Below, piece after piece: positions 1-14,900 of a DNA stretch of 64,000 nt (positions are counted from its first letter, which is position 1; the number at the start of each line of letters is the position of its first letter). A program made the translations under genes and the position numbers. The notes under the pieces were generated by a model that saw only the letters and a program-made list of their open reading frames with translations, ran no database searches and had not been told where the DNA came from. Origin of the DNA: Bugula neritina (Eukaryota; Animalia; Bryozoa); NCBI GenBank assembly GCA_964035545.1, contig OZ037767.1, forward strand, positions 7,022,707-7,086,706, written 5' to 3'.

Positions 1-1466
1 ACAGTTTCTTCAGCTTTTGACCTCTGATCAAAATACACAGCCAACAAACATGAGTAATTTAGTTTGCATTATGAAGTCATAAAATTTTTTCAGTTTTAAG
101 CCTATAATTTAGGTCGCTAAAAATATATCGTTTAGACAAAATTAGAGTCACCATTGAAGTGTATCAGAAATTTTTTTTTTTTGAGGTTTCTGAAATTTCT
201 GTGCTTTACATAACCATGTTACTTGCAGTAAGGTAATAATGAATGTCATTTACTTACAATTGCAAAATCCAAGCCCCGACAACTGCTGTAATTGCTAACT
301 CCTCTCTGGCTATTAAACCTTCTATACTATTAAATAATTACAAAATACTGTGTGAAAACTGATAAAGCTTAAAAGTAACATAACAGCAGTTCTATTAAAT
401 TTTAAACATTTTTATTTATTGGTGCAATAATTTAATTTAGACAAGTAGATATATATACTATTGCATAAATACAACCTAATACAGTTCATTATATGTAGAA
501 GCTTTCATTGAAACAGGAATACAATATAATTTATAGGACATTTGCTGGCAGTTGTACTTACATATGGCTCTAAAATATCGTCTTGAAGTACAGAAAAAAT
601 AAACTCGTCACTAGTTGTGTAAGAATCAAATATTGCCCTTCTTGTTCCATTATTGAAATTCTCAAAGAATGGTGAAAATGTTGATGATCTTTTATAGCGA
701 TTTCTGCTCTTCAAACTGCTTAAAAGTAGAAATATATAAGGTATATACAATATATTTAGAATTAGAAACATAATTTTCTTATTTATAGTTGTTTAAGAAT
801 TATAAAAAAAATTGAACTTGAAAACTTACTTGATCAAATTAGATTCCAGTGGCAATCCATCGAGTAACAATAATTGTACACTCACGCAAAAATATACTCT
901 CAATATATTCTTCGTTTGTGCTAAAACACAATAAAAAACGTTTTCAAGCTAGTGAATATTATTCATCGTCAAGTTTCAATTCTTGGTGTTTATATTTTTG
1001 CACTAGCAATGTACTTGGTAAGCCACTGCTGTTAGATTTCAGTAAAATTCATTTTTAAGAAACATACTAAAATTCTAAATAAGCAAATTTTTAAAAATCT
1101 GGTACTGCTACAATATTGACTCAAAGATTTTTAAGATTTTAAGAAATTTTATAGAGAAAGAAAATATATAATAATAATTCATATAATAATTTAGCATGCT
1201 CACCCTTCTTTTAGCTAGAGGTAGTCAAACTAATGCATAGCTATGTTAATATAATTTTTGTTAATATTTATTGTAACCATATTATAAAAATTAATTGAAT
1301 AAATACGCTGCATATGTTTTAATGTTCTACTAATAACGCTATGATACTATAACATTTTATTAAATTTATTATTGCTACAATGTTGAATAAAATACCATAA
1401 ATAAACTTGAGATTTCAAGAGGTTAGACATATAAGTATAAAAAAACAAATTAGTATTCTCACCCAT
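1..1466 (-). CDS. Possible 5' coding exons of a gene that continues beyond the left edge (hydrophobic N-terminus)
   Basis: Minus strand: ATGG|GTGAGA at 1466-1463; exon 309-258 (AG|CCAGAGAG...CAATT|GTAAGT); acceptor before 23. Joined, these read MAREELAITAVVGAWILQLGQKLKKL with consistent phases. No homology recognised. Confidence 0.35.
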
Positions 1467-2465
1467 CTTGTTATAAGCAGTCGAAACTAGTTGATATATT
1501 TATTATTAATATATGATTCCTAAACTTTCTTATTTAGTAACTAAACTATATTGACACAACAGCTGTTTTAATGTTTACCAATAGTCCAGCAAGTATAAAC
1601 AAATGAATTGTGAGTTGGGTTTATATACTCTTTCAATACCTACTCAAATGTACTCATAGCTGACTTATTTATGCAATCAGCATTTTTTGCAAAAATCTAA
1701 TTGACTGTGTTTAAAAATATAAATAACTTACTCAAGACAAAATTCATACGCACATGCAAGTTTCTAGTCTGTAAAAAAGATTGCTAAACTAATATAATGT
1801 TATTAATTAAACAGCTATATTACAACAGGCAAAAAAATTGGTATGCATGTCTAAAATTAGACATCAAGTTTGCATAGTTATTTTATATTTAGAGTTTGAA
1901 TCTTCATTTATAGTTTACAAATGTTTAAAATTAATAGTAATTGCAAAATATCTTATTATAAATTAAATAATAGAAATGGAAACATTGCCAAAGTTGAAAA
2001 TTGAACATCCCACATAGTGCAATAATGAAATGATACTTTTCTTGTATTGCAAAATTTATTTTCACACTTAAATATAAACCTGATAGCTTCCTGCTAGTAC
2101 TTTCCACAATGCCCGAGTTTGCAACATGTCTTTCACAGAAAAAATTGTTAATAAAAAAATATCAACAGCAAGTCTATAATATTACTTGCATCATTCGACC
2201 AAAAGAAGCATAATTTGAATATGTGTCTATATATGCTGAAAACCGAACATAGAGTTTTTCTCTACAAATTTAACAAACCTCACAAATAATTAATGAAACT
2301 TAATCTCCTAAAAGAAATTATTGGCAAATTTTGTGTCGTTGTAGTGAACATAACTGCATAAAATAATTTTGTTATTGAAAGTTTTGCTGTTTCTATTAGT
2401 TTTATTTGGTTTCTTCTCACAAATCTAATTCTGTGTGCATGCATGTACTAATTATAGTGCGTTTA

Positions 2466-2468
<3 letters not shown>

Positions 2469-2534
<66 letters not shown>
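2469..2534. repeat. (TA)n microsatellite
   Basis: Pure TA run seen directly. Confidence 0.97.
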
Positions 2535-2537
<3 letters not shown>

Positions 2538-5152
2538 TTTAAATTCTCTGAATTACATAATAAAAACATGTTCGCCACTTTATTTTATTTAGTACACAAC
2601 AAAGTTCTTCATTTTTGTCTACCTTATACAGCTGTTGCTGCTGATATACAAATGTCTGCTGCTTAAAACTGAAGAATTTTTAACAAACAAAACCAAATAT
2701 ATAAATATTTTTCAAATTTGCTCTATTTTTTGTGAAGTTAGTATATTAAAAATACAGGTTTAATTAATGATGATTTTTGCATTACAGCTAAGAACAAAAA
2801 CAGTGCCTTATTGTAGCAAAATTCTCTCTCTCAGCTTTTTTTTCTCTACATATTTATAATCAGCACATGAATATCTGGTCCCTGTTTGCTGGTGTGTTAA
2901 ATAAAGCAAAATGACACATTATTTTATTTGTTTTATTTATAAAAAAAGAAAGCAAAGGCATTCATTATAGTTAAACTATATTTGGTTGTAAAACAAAATC
3001 TTGATTACATATAATTTACTCAATATTTAAACCTTTCCACATGTTTATTGCGCTTCTTTTCTTTCCAATGCCTCGGTAATCCTTGAATCGTACAAAAACA
3101 TTTCTATCAGTGTTCAGGAAACTAGAAAGTGGTTGCAAAATGATTGTCGAACGCTAATAGCAAGTGTGTTATGTTTTATAATAAAAATTCGACAATAAAA
3201 GTATGTCACAAAACTTATTATATAACTCTATAGATATGAAAAGCTGTGTTTATACATTCACAATTTACATAAACCGAAAACTAATTAGGAGTGAAGACTA
3301 CAGTAGATTAACATTACAAAATGAGAGAAAAATATTACTGTTGTAGGGACATTGAACACCTTCGCAATTTCTGACACTATGAAATACCTACAGTTCACGT
3401 GAAGGAGGGTATATAGAAAGTAGAGCATAATTATAAACATGTAAATTATAAACTTATAAATGTGATAATCTTTTTAGGAGCAAAATCTAAAAGCTAGCTG
3501 CTTTTTATTGTTGAATAAATCTGTAAATATTGAAACAGTTGAAGTCGACCTCTACATAGAGTGTCAAATAGTCAAAGAATCACCCATTGTTATGTCTCAT
3601 GCCATTTACTACTCCATAACCACCAAATCTGTGGCAAGAGCTGTATACATTACATTTTAATCATATCATATGCAGTCAAACCTAATACTATACTAGAGCA
3701 AAAAGTACGTTGATTTAGTTTATCATATTTAGTACCCATAATCTGCGAATATATACATTAATATGGAGCACAAAAATACATATGTATATAGCTTATTTCA
3801 CATGTACGTCATTCTAAGTAAAAACAATTTAGCTGCTTTAAATGTATTTCCCTACTAATCAAAAATATTTATAAGATGAAAGTGTTTTTGTGGTCTGAAT
3901 AAGAAAGTAATTTAGCAAATAGCAGACCATCTTATTGCCACTTCTACCTTAACTGCTATACAGTTGAACTCCATCGCTAGTTTTCTGGCACTGTGCCAGC
4001 TCAGGAGAAAGCGATTGGAAAGCTTCATCAGTACACACTGTTAAATTCATTACAGTACATGAGAGATTGGCATGTTTTAACACAAAGCACCTGAAGTCAC
4101 GAGTCACTATTGAGCAAACTAAAGGTCAATATAGAGTGAGTGACCCCAGAAGTAATTGCAGTAAGGAAAATAGTAAATTATTTCCAGATTTATTATTAGG
4201 TCAATAGTCTACGATAGACCATATGTAAGTCGGTCGTTCTAAACAAAGATTTTCATAATAGATTAAATGCATTTCGGAAGTCACACCTAATATGGCATTT
4301 CAATTGAGATTTTCTTAGAAAATTGGGTAATCTTTCACATGGGTGAGCAGACATCAGCATTCATTCTCAGCTTTTTTGCATGTTGAAAGTATGTTAAATT
4401 TTGTTGAATTTCAGGTTTCTAACTCCCAATGCCAACTTCCAGGGTGAATCTCAAATTTCATATTTTAGCGTATTTAAGAATCAAATAAATATTTGAACTC
4501 AAAAACACTCTTGCAATAATAAAAAAATAAATGAGAAGCACAAAATTACATACTTGTTTCACACCATATTGGAATGTTGTTTGTGTGCGCAAAAAGAAGT
4601 ATTTTTGGCTGTAAAAACAACGTGTCTATTAATTCCATTATTTAGTTACACTTGGGGTGGACTTAAACAGTGAAATACTTGTAATAAATCCTTGTATGAT
4701 GGAGTATCATAAAAACTAACAAGTCTACCATGCAGATACTTAACAACACATTGCGATCTTTTTAATTGGATTTATTTAAACACTAGCTGCAGTCTTATAA
4801 AATATTAATGGCAAGCTTTATTCTGACAGTGTGCCACATCCACAATATTACACGACATGTCAAAATTTTTATATTTACAGGAAGCTTATATATTTATTAC
4901 TTATATTTATTACCTATATGTAAAAGTTTGTCCCTCATTAGCTGCTATTGAATTAGAAATAAGCACCAGCTGTGTATCTTTACTTTAGTGAAAGATTGCT
5001 TAACAATCTGAAAATATAAACCGATAAATTTTAGTGAAGATGTTCTTGATAATTTTTAATAACTTAATTTTAGCAATCATTTTTTAAGCATATTAGTTAG
5101 CTTCTTATTTAATTGATTATTGCTAGATGAACATATAATCAATTGATTCTGA

Positions 5153-5812
<660 letters not shown>

Positions 5813-5922
5813 GTTCCCTCGTCAGCACAGAACAGAGTACCATGGCCCACACCTTCGCCATAGCAGAAACTCACGTTTCTACTGAAGCATATTTAAAAGG
5901 TGCGTAAACTCAAGCCAGAGAG

Positions 5923-6114
5923 GGAGCAGCCGTGGTCTAGAAGTTAGAGCATTTGCATAGTGAACACGACATTGGAATCCCAGTAAAGGTAGTTGGTGAT
6001 GTTAGGAAGAGCATCTAGTCAAAATTGCTCCTGTACCTCATCTAAATAAGTCTTTAGCTTGATTTAACAAAAACATCCCTTTCCACCAAGGGTTTCACAC
6101 CGGGATGGCAACTA
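5923..6114 (+). mobile_element. tRNA-derived SINE with 18-bp target-site duplication
   Basis: A-box-like GTGGTCTAGAAGTTAG, degenerate B-box ATTGGAATCCC, core TTGGTGATGTTAGGAAGAGCATC. Flanked by TAAACT(C/A)AAGCCAGAGAG at 5905-5922 and 6115-6132 (1 mismatch). A related copy lies near 23040. Confidence 0.75.
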
Positions 6115-7858
6115 TAAACTAAAGCCAGAGAGCTCAAATAATTCTAGGAGTCACAAGCCTTGAAAAATGCTAGCTGCTCGAGTTTGTGACCATAGTTAAA
6201 GAGTTCAATCAGTGAATGTCATTGTCATGTATATATATTATATATGTACATAAAATTTATTATGAATTTAACATAGCCTGGTGTGGCAGTTAATTATTAC
6301 AATAAACTTGTCCGGAGTTGTGTTCCCCACTATTAAGGGGTTAAATTCTCAGTAGAAGAGAAGCAAAACAAACCCTGGCCATGCTATAATAATATGTTGT
6401 TGTTCTTCCTGAGCTTAAATAAATTTATGGAAATAGCAGAGTACCATATATAGAATTCAGTTGAAAGAAATTTAGTATAAAGTTAATTGACTAGCATTGT
6501 AAACAGCTCAATTATTTCATGGCATTCACAGCGACTTAAAAAGTATATCAGTATAAAAATATTATAACTCTATACAACCATAGTTATAAGTAAGGTTGTT
6601 ATCAAGTAAGGAGAATGAAATACTATTTTCGAGGTCATCTGCTTGCTATTTGAGATCAATTCTCATATTAACTACTCTTAAAAATGGAACTTAAGATTAG
6701 CTCTTCAACATATCTATGCAATCCAAATGCAAAATAGTCAAGGGTTAAAGGGGTTCTTTAAAAGAGGCTACCAATTACAGTAAGTTACAAAAAGTAAGTT
6801 AGTCTATTTTCTAATGTGTAAACATCTTGCATTCTATTGTGTTTATCTTTATATCCCTATATAAGGATGATTTTGTAGGCTGTTCCTTAATTTTAAATTT
6901 TCCCTCAATATTTTCAACTTATTCAACTGCTTAGAATTGTTGGAAAGTTGCTACACATTTGTGGAAGTGCTGTATTATAATAAGTTTGCTGAAATAAAAT
7001 TGTGCTTACGAATTACGGTGTAAGCTTACATTGACCCTGAAAATCAAGTTGAAAGCTGGGAGGGTGCAACTCTTACAACATTTTATTATTTTTCTCGAAA
7101 ATACAGATTAATAACTTTTCTACAATCTATTACTACACTGCAATAAAAGCCTGTAAAGTCAGAAGTTTATGCAAGTAGTAAAAGTTAGAGTGGCAAACAC
7201 TGACAAAATTGTATTAGTTTCGATTTCTAAAAATAAATAAAAGCAATTTTGACAAAAAATTATCTATAAAATGTATAAAGAAATAATTAGTAATGTTAGT
7301 CAACACACATTGGTACCTATGTATGGTATACAAAACTTGCTATAGCTCAGTGAGTCTTTCTTCATTTGAGAGATTTAGAACGTAATTTATAGGAAATTAT
7401 GAGATATTTAAGCTTAAAGACTGAGCAATAAATTTACTAAATTTAAAAAAAACAAACAATTTTAAGAAACTCAGTATAAAAGAGTTCAAAACAAGAGAGA
7501 TAACTATGCAATGAAACTAGTTGAGCTGTCGCTCTATTTAGGGTTAATTAGCACTTAGCTACCCACATGATTACAAATTAATTGAGCATATCAGCAATTC
7601 TGTCTCTTTACAATATTATGCAGCCTGCTACACTTTACCAACAAATTCTAAACAACAAATAAATTCTCATTAAAATTTTTTCTAAAAATGCATCAATAAA
7701 ACCATAAAACTGAATCAAAAACTGCACAAGCAGTCAATAGGTATGTCTGTATAAACAGAATCGGTCGAAATGGCTGGAAACTCAAACCCTGCCAAAATGA
7801 ATTCAGAACTTGTTTTCAAAACACTAAAAGTAAAAAATATGGAGGTTACTAAAGATTT

Positions 7859-9912
7859 TTAAATCTTTTTTCTTGATAATTCATCACCACGGTTACTTGG
7901 TAAACTGCCTTGACTCCCGTTATTATTAGCTTTTTCCTTATCTGTTGGCCTCTTTCTTGGATAAATGTATGCCTTGATGTAGAAATTGGTAAAGAAGAAC
8001 AGCATGGAAGACCCATATATTGCACTCCAGATGCAGAAATCATGGTATAATATACCAATAGTGCAGTACACCATGTCTATTAGAAACTGTATCATCTACA
8101 ACAAATAATTATAAACAGTAGATGATCATGTCAAATAATATTCAATATTCTAAAGCATTACATGGAGTTTTAGGCAGACAAATACAGCACCATTACCTAT
8201 GAGTATTAGCAACTAATAATTTCCTTCAACATTGGATTTTATATATTGCTGCAAGTCATAAATTTTATGCAAGAACAACACTGTTTAGTCTTTGCTGTTT
8301 CACTTTAAATAGCTGAAACTCTCATTAAAATACCAACAAACAGTTTTAATTTCTTTTACAAAAATAAAAATGTGTAGATTACAGAGGCAAAGAAGGATAT
8401 TCAATTGAAATATGGCTTCCAGATAAAAGAGTTGACAGATAAAATTTGAAAATTTAGTTTACTTTTATGGAAAGCTGTTATTGTTGCTCAACACTGAGCA
8501 CACAACATGCAACTCGAGACGCATCAATTAGGTGTTTACCGACAGCAGTGTTCAATCACTAAATATCCATATCAACAAACTGACAGCACATAGTAACTTC
8601 AGCACATAGTAACTACAATATTAGTAACTACAGTACACAGTAACTACAACACAAAACACAACACACAGTAACTACAGTAAACATTCACCTGAAACTCTGT
8701 GAGCCTCCTTTTCCATGCCGGCCTGGAAGATGATTTCACATAGCCAGTGTACCCGTAGTAAAAGTACATAATCACGTGAATGAACGAATTGAGAGCAATC
8801 CCTGGAGCTAAGGCTGCCCATGCAGAATACCTGAAATTAAATCCAACCAATTTATGTACATTTATCATACAATCTAGATTATATACATAACAGAATGTGA
8901 ATCACATGCTAATGAGCCCCCATTAGTCTTAAGTACCACCATTCTTAGTACTCTTTCAAATCAATCAGTTAAAACAAGCGACAAACAATATTATACCGAA
9001 AGCTAATATGTACTGTACCCTAAAATGTCAAAATGAAAGACAACAGATCACAAGCCAAGTTTTTCCTAAGTGGTAGTGGAGAAAGAAAATACTAGATAAA
9101 TTTCCAAACTATAAACACAAAATGTAACCTTTTTAGAGTAAAATTCTACTGTAAAATGTCACTCACTGAAGTGCATAGAACACTAATAAAACCATAGTAC
9201 TATGATGATAAACATGTAGCACAGTGATTTGTCTTCCCCTGTTCCTCAAAATCATGAAGACTGTATCCATGAGTTCCAATACTTTGGTGTAGCCATAAAT
9301 CTTAAAGTAGGGAGTCATCTCGGGGTTTTCAGAGTTAGAGTAGATTTGGTCAGCGTTATATAAAGCTACACTCAGTCCGACAAAAGTGTACAGACTCAAG
9401 GCTGAGCAAAGTATGTTGTAAAACAGCATCACCTAAAATATTAACAGATGGCTACTATTACAGCAGTATGAGAAATTACAGACGGTATTTAAAAAATCTA
9501 CTTCATCATGTATTTTCTATTTTTGGCAGTTACCAAAAACTTTCAAGTTCTTTGATTAGAAAATTATTAAACGTTTAGCATATCAAGTATTTTCCATGTT
9601 TGTATACTAAGCTTGTAAGTTGCATGGCAGTGTTGACTTGTGTCAAAGTGGAAATAATTAACTGAAATATTTGCTGCACTTTATATCACTTGTTCACAAA
9701 ATTTGATGATTTAACTTTAACCCAGTTTAGTTAGAGTTTAGTTAATACCTGTCTTCATCTATAGTTTTGCTTACCTTCAAAAGGCTTAATTCTTGATTTC
9801 GTTTATATTTTTTCCACATATGAGGACCAACAAATGTCAATACTACATAGGCAAGAAATATTGGAAAGATATTTAGTCTAAATAGTCGCCCAAGAAATTC
9901 AACAAAATGCAT
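7859..9912 (-). CDS. ELOVL-family very-long-chain fatty acid elongase (about 260 aa, 4 coding exons)
   Basis: Exons 9912-9775, 9432-9167, 8830-8689, 8095-7859; GT-AG introns, phases consistent. ELO motifs KVLELMDT, LHVYHH (HxxHH), NSFIHVIMYFYY, TEFQMIQF and a C-terminal RKKI. Paralogue not assignable. Confidence 0.93.
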
Positions 9913-11928
9913 CACTGTATTGTTGGTTTAGCCACTTTAGCCTCCAGAATTAGAACCAGTAAGTGAATTCACGTTGTTCTTAGCTTCACTGTAATTGCAT
10001 CTGCTAAGAATAAGATTGACTGTAAGATTTTTAGAGTGAGGACTTATAAAAATAAAACAATGAAGTTTCAAGTCTCAATGTTGCAATTAAATCTTGACGC
10101 TGAACTAAATAATTAGTATTCAATTTCAATTATAAATGAATTTAGATAGTTAAAATAAATTGCCAGTATGAGTATGAGTAACTGTAGGTGTGGCTCAGGC
10201 TCATCCACTTCCAGGTTACACTTGATCTTCTCTGCAAAAATGGTCGAAACTATAAGTTCAAGTATCAGTATGTGTAGCTTTATAACACATAAGTATAAGT
10301 ATAAATTAAATTAAAATACAGGTAACAAGCTCCAGCTGATAACCACAGTCATAGTGATATTGATAAGTGAATTAGTGATGCTGATACTGATAGGTGTAAA
10401 ACTAATTCTATTTCTAAAACTAAAAAAATTCAAGTTAAACATTTCTAAAGTTTTACTTTTAGTAAAATCAACAAAACATTTCCACAGAAAATGTGAGGGA
10501 TACCAAGTTAGACATGCTCAGTAGACATTGCGATTATTGTAACAAAAATCATCAAATCAAAACCCAACAGTCTACAACTTTTAAGTATTAAAATTTAAAG
10601 GTAAACACAACGTGAATGAATATGATAATGACCAAGCCGATGTGAATGCAAGGAAAAGCGGAAGTTCGGCCTGCCTCCCTGGATATTTGACCTTGCTCCG
10701 CAACCATAGTAGAGATTTTTATTTGTCAAAACGTCGTTGAAACGTATTCTCCCATAAAAAGTCGATAAAGGGAAGAGAGGAGTTAAAACTCTGACTTTGG
10801 AGGTATTATCGAGGGAGCAACACAGCAATGCCGATGCCATAAGAGTGAGACTAATCACTAAAACTGTAAAAGTAAAACTAAAAGTAACTGTAAGACTAAA
10901 AGTGGGCAATTGGTTGTATAGTATGTATATTACTACTTTACTTTATAAGTGTAATATTGCAACAAAAAAATAAAACGAATTTAATTATTATCTTGTAAAG
11001 ATAATTAAGTAACTTTAAATTTAATATTTTCAAAGTTATTGACTAGAAGAGTAGAAGTAAATCTAATACTAATAGTAATAGTAATACTAATACTAATACT
11101 AACAGACAATAGTAATACTAATACTAATAGTAATAATGAGTAAATAGTAATAGTAAATGTAATAGTAATATTCATATTGCCACAAATACTAATAATAATA
11201 GTATTAGCTAATAAGTTTTATTTTAGTTATAATGATATTGATAATCATTTAAATTTATATTGATATCAGATGTTATTATCTATGATAATATTAATATAAA
11301 CACAATTATATAACTGGAACCAAAAAAATGTTAGTTTTACAATAAGGTAAAAATAAAACTGCAAAATAATTCTGAAAATAATGTTTTCAAGTTAATTGAA
11401 ATTAAAAGTTAGAGTGAAGTCTATAGATCAATAAAGAATAATCTACTGTAAAAAAGATGCATGTATGCAATTTGCCTTTTTTTTATTATAAATCTGCAGA
11501 ACTTTAATAATACCACTCAACAAAGGTGCAAAAAACTATTGACCACCTTTACATCAAGCAGGTACAGTATCAGAAAAAAACCTATATTTCAAATGAATAG
11601 TTTTTTGTAGAGTCTTTTTAAATATGTAAAAGTTATGAAATGCTCTCAAACTAAAGCTTAAAATTAAATTAAACAGTTCAAGAATCTAATTTTTTGTTGT
11701 TGCCATTAGTATCCTACAATCCCTACAATCACAGTATCTGGATAAATCCTCCTCAATATGACATAAATTCTAAAAACTTGTTGTAACATATTGCACTGCT
11801 TGCTGCACCTACAGCTACATTGCATTTGCTCAGTTTTATTTAGTAGTGCCATTGATATTAATATCTACTATAGAAAAAAAGAAAAACTAGTTCAATTCCA
11901 CTGCAACTATTTTCTTTACAGCTACGTT

Positions 11929-14900
11929 ATGTCAGCTGACACAGCGTATCAAAGAGAGGCGGAGTCTCCAACAGAAGTAACTTACATACCCATCAGAGTG
12001 CTTGGCAAAGGAGCATTTGGGGAAGCTACATTGTATCGTAGAGTGGAGGTAGTTGTTAAATCTAGTTGAATTCACATAATATACATCCTTATTTTGAAGG
12101 ACTTCTCATCTAGAGTTTTAGTTAACTTAATTAGTTTAACTGATATATGAGTCACTCTGCTTGTTAAAGTCTAGAATCATTTTCTTGTACAATTACTTTC
12201 TCTCCTTTGTATAGAATTGTTTGCAATGATAATGTTACATGGCAGGACAACTCTCTAGTTGTATGGAAGGAAGTAAATTTGAACCGACTATCGACAAAAG
12301 AAGAGAATGATTCGGCGAATGAAGTGGATATACTGTCACTGCTTGACCATGCTAACATAATAACGTATTACAATCATTTCATTGACTCTGGTGTCTTGCT
12401 CATAGAAATGGAGTATGCTAACGGTATGTGAGTCGGTCAACCTTATTAAATATGCCGTAGAAAATGTAAACTATTTTAAATACAACGACTGGAATTTTCT
12501 GTACAAAGCTGAACCAAGTTTTTTCAAATATGTTATTTCTGAAAGTCATGAATTTTAAAATTTTTTATATAATGTATTGCTGTTAAAGATAGGTCAATAG
12601 TAAGATACTTAAATTCAAAGTCCCTGGGACATATTAGCATATGTTCAATATAATATTAGCTGACCTTGCTTTAAGATTTGTTTAATACAACATAGACCTT
12701 TCACTCTAAAATTTTGATCTGAGCAAATAATCAGATATAAAAATGCTTACTAACGTCATTTTAAAAACATTTTAGCTAAAAGGTATTGGTGATTTCTATT
12801 TAATAAAATGTACTTAAATTATAATTTAGCAAAAGATTCTACCATTGTTAGGAGTTCTACACTACATATATCAACCTTTTATGCTGTTATAGTCATCTTT
12901 CACTGCCACGGTTTTTCTTAAACTCTGAAAATGGTAGCTGTGGTGATGAAATGTTGGGTTTTAACATTTTAAAATGTTAAGGGATTTATAAAATACTTCT
13001 AGTTGACATTTTTATTGCTGAAATATTTTTAGTGAAAGCTGCAGCTATAATATTTAATTATTTATATCACGTTATACGGTCTATGTATAAACTATCTCCT
13101 TTTATGTATAAACTGCACCTATTAATTTGCAATTACTAGGTAAACGATTATTTCTGCAAAGTTTTCTGCAAATCTAAGCTGATCTTCACATGGTCGGGTA
13201 TCCATATACTCACACTGAAATAAACTTAACATCTTATGTTATACTAGGCATTGCTGCTTAGCAGCTACAGTTCTTCATAACACCATTCTCTCAGGGTAAT
13301 GCATTATCTTATTCGACGTTTTTCCCATCATAAACCTACCAGACATATATGTTATATTTTAGGAGGTAATTTATATCAGAAGATTGTGCAGTGTTCAGAG
13401 TTGCTGAGTGAGGATAAAGTAATCTGGTATTTTTATCAGCTAGTCTCGGCAGTCGCATTCATTCACGACGTCGGTATTATACACCGAGACATCAAGTCTC
13501 TCAACATCTTCCTTACCAAAGGTGGTTTGTGTAAGCTGGGAGATTTTGGCATATCTAAAGTTTTGGACTCCAAAACGCAAATGGTTGAGTCGGTGAGTCT
13601 GATAAGTTAATATCTCATAAATGCACTAAATTTATATTTTCATTTGCTTGGCGAAAGACAATTTTTTTGTACGAAAAGTTTGTAATATGAGTTGTCTTAC
13701 ATTGTTTGTACAAATTTGAAGGACAGGCAAAATTTTCCTTTAAAATGTAAGTGATTCGTAACTGGGTTTTATGTATGATTGAATTTTACTGTTACTGTTA
13801 ATGATACTTTCTTGATTCAAGTTCACCAGTGTCTTCTAGCCTCAAATAACATGTGTTCATATAATAATTAGATTGCCCAAAAACACAGTATTTTATAGAT
13901 CTGAAAATGTTAAAAATTTTAAACATTAAATCAACACTTTTGAGTTTTGTTCTACGGATTTTGATTCTGATACTATGTTGTCGTAAGTTATTATTTGTCA
14001 CCTTTCACCGCCATGTCCTAATCAGTGGCGGGTTTTCTAGTATGTTCTTATACTCTAATATGTTATTTTATGTACCTATATATTCTAGCATGCTTTGTAT
14101 TCCAGTATGTCGGGACGCCGTACTACATGTCCCCTGAGCTCATCAAAGGTGAATCATACAACTCTAAGTCAGATATCTGGGCGTGTGGCTGTGTTTTGTA
14201 TGAGCTGTGTACGCTGAAGAGGGTGTTTGAAGCCACGGTATGTACATATCTGTACTCTATATTGCTACTCTGTGATTATGGTAGACTAGTAACTGTGTGG
14301 GACTCCTCACTGTCATTTATTATGTATTTACTGTCTTCAGCCAAGTTAGTACCAACTTATGAGTGTAGTAAATTACATGGGTAAAATGAAATCATTCTAG
14401 TTTGTAGTGACAATATTACAACTAATATATAATCTATAGCATCTATGTGTACATTGTTTTTATTAAGCTTTGAATTATTGCGGAGTTTAATAATATTTTT
14501 ATTGATTTTTAGTATATAGTTATCATAGTATTCACTGAGTATATACTAATGCTTTTTAGCAATCAGTGTTAGAATACAATTACAGAGAAATTTAATAAAT
14601 ACGTCATATCTAAATTAGCAGTGATTTGTTACGTCTTTGATGCTTGTGAGTGTTTGCATAGATATTCTTATCAACTGAACGACATTCTATGTTTTATTTA
14701 TGTTTTATCATATAATTTTCTAGGACTTCTTACGCTGCATGATTTTTGTTAATCCATAAAAGGTCAACTGAAGTTGAACTATACAAACCTAATCTGTAAA
14801 TTCCTTGTTTTCCTATTCTGAAATACCGCAAGAGTTTAATGCTAAGCTGGTGAACCGTTCTTCTTTCTAGAATGCGCTACGGTTGGCTGCAGTCATCGTG

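Noticed and set aside
6330-7550. GGGTTAA piggyBac-like termini
   Set aside because: All are in the same orientation with no matching left end, and they are too short to call.
10595-10909. 104-aa minus-strand ORF between ELOVL and NEK9
   Set aside because: It has a non-ATG start, its N-terminus derives from the hexamer repeat and it has no motifs; the region is better read as a promoter island.
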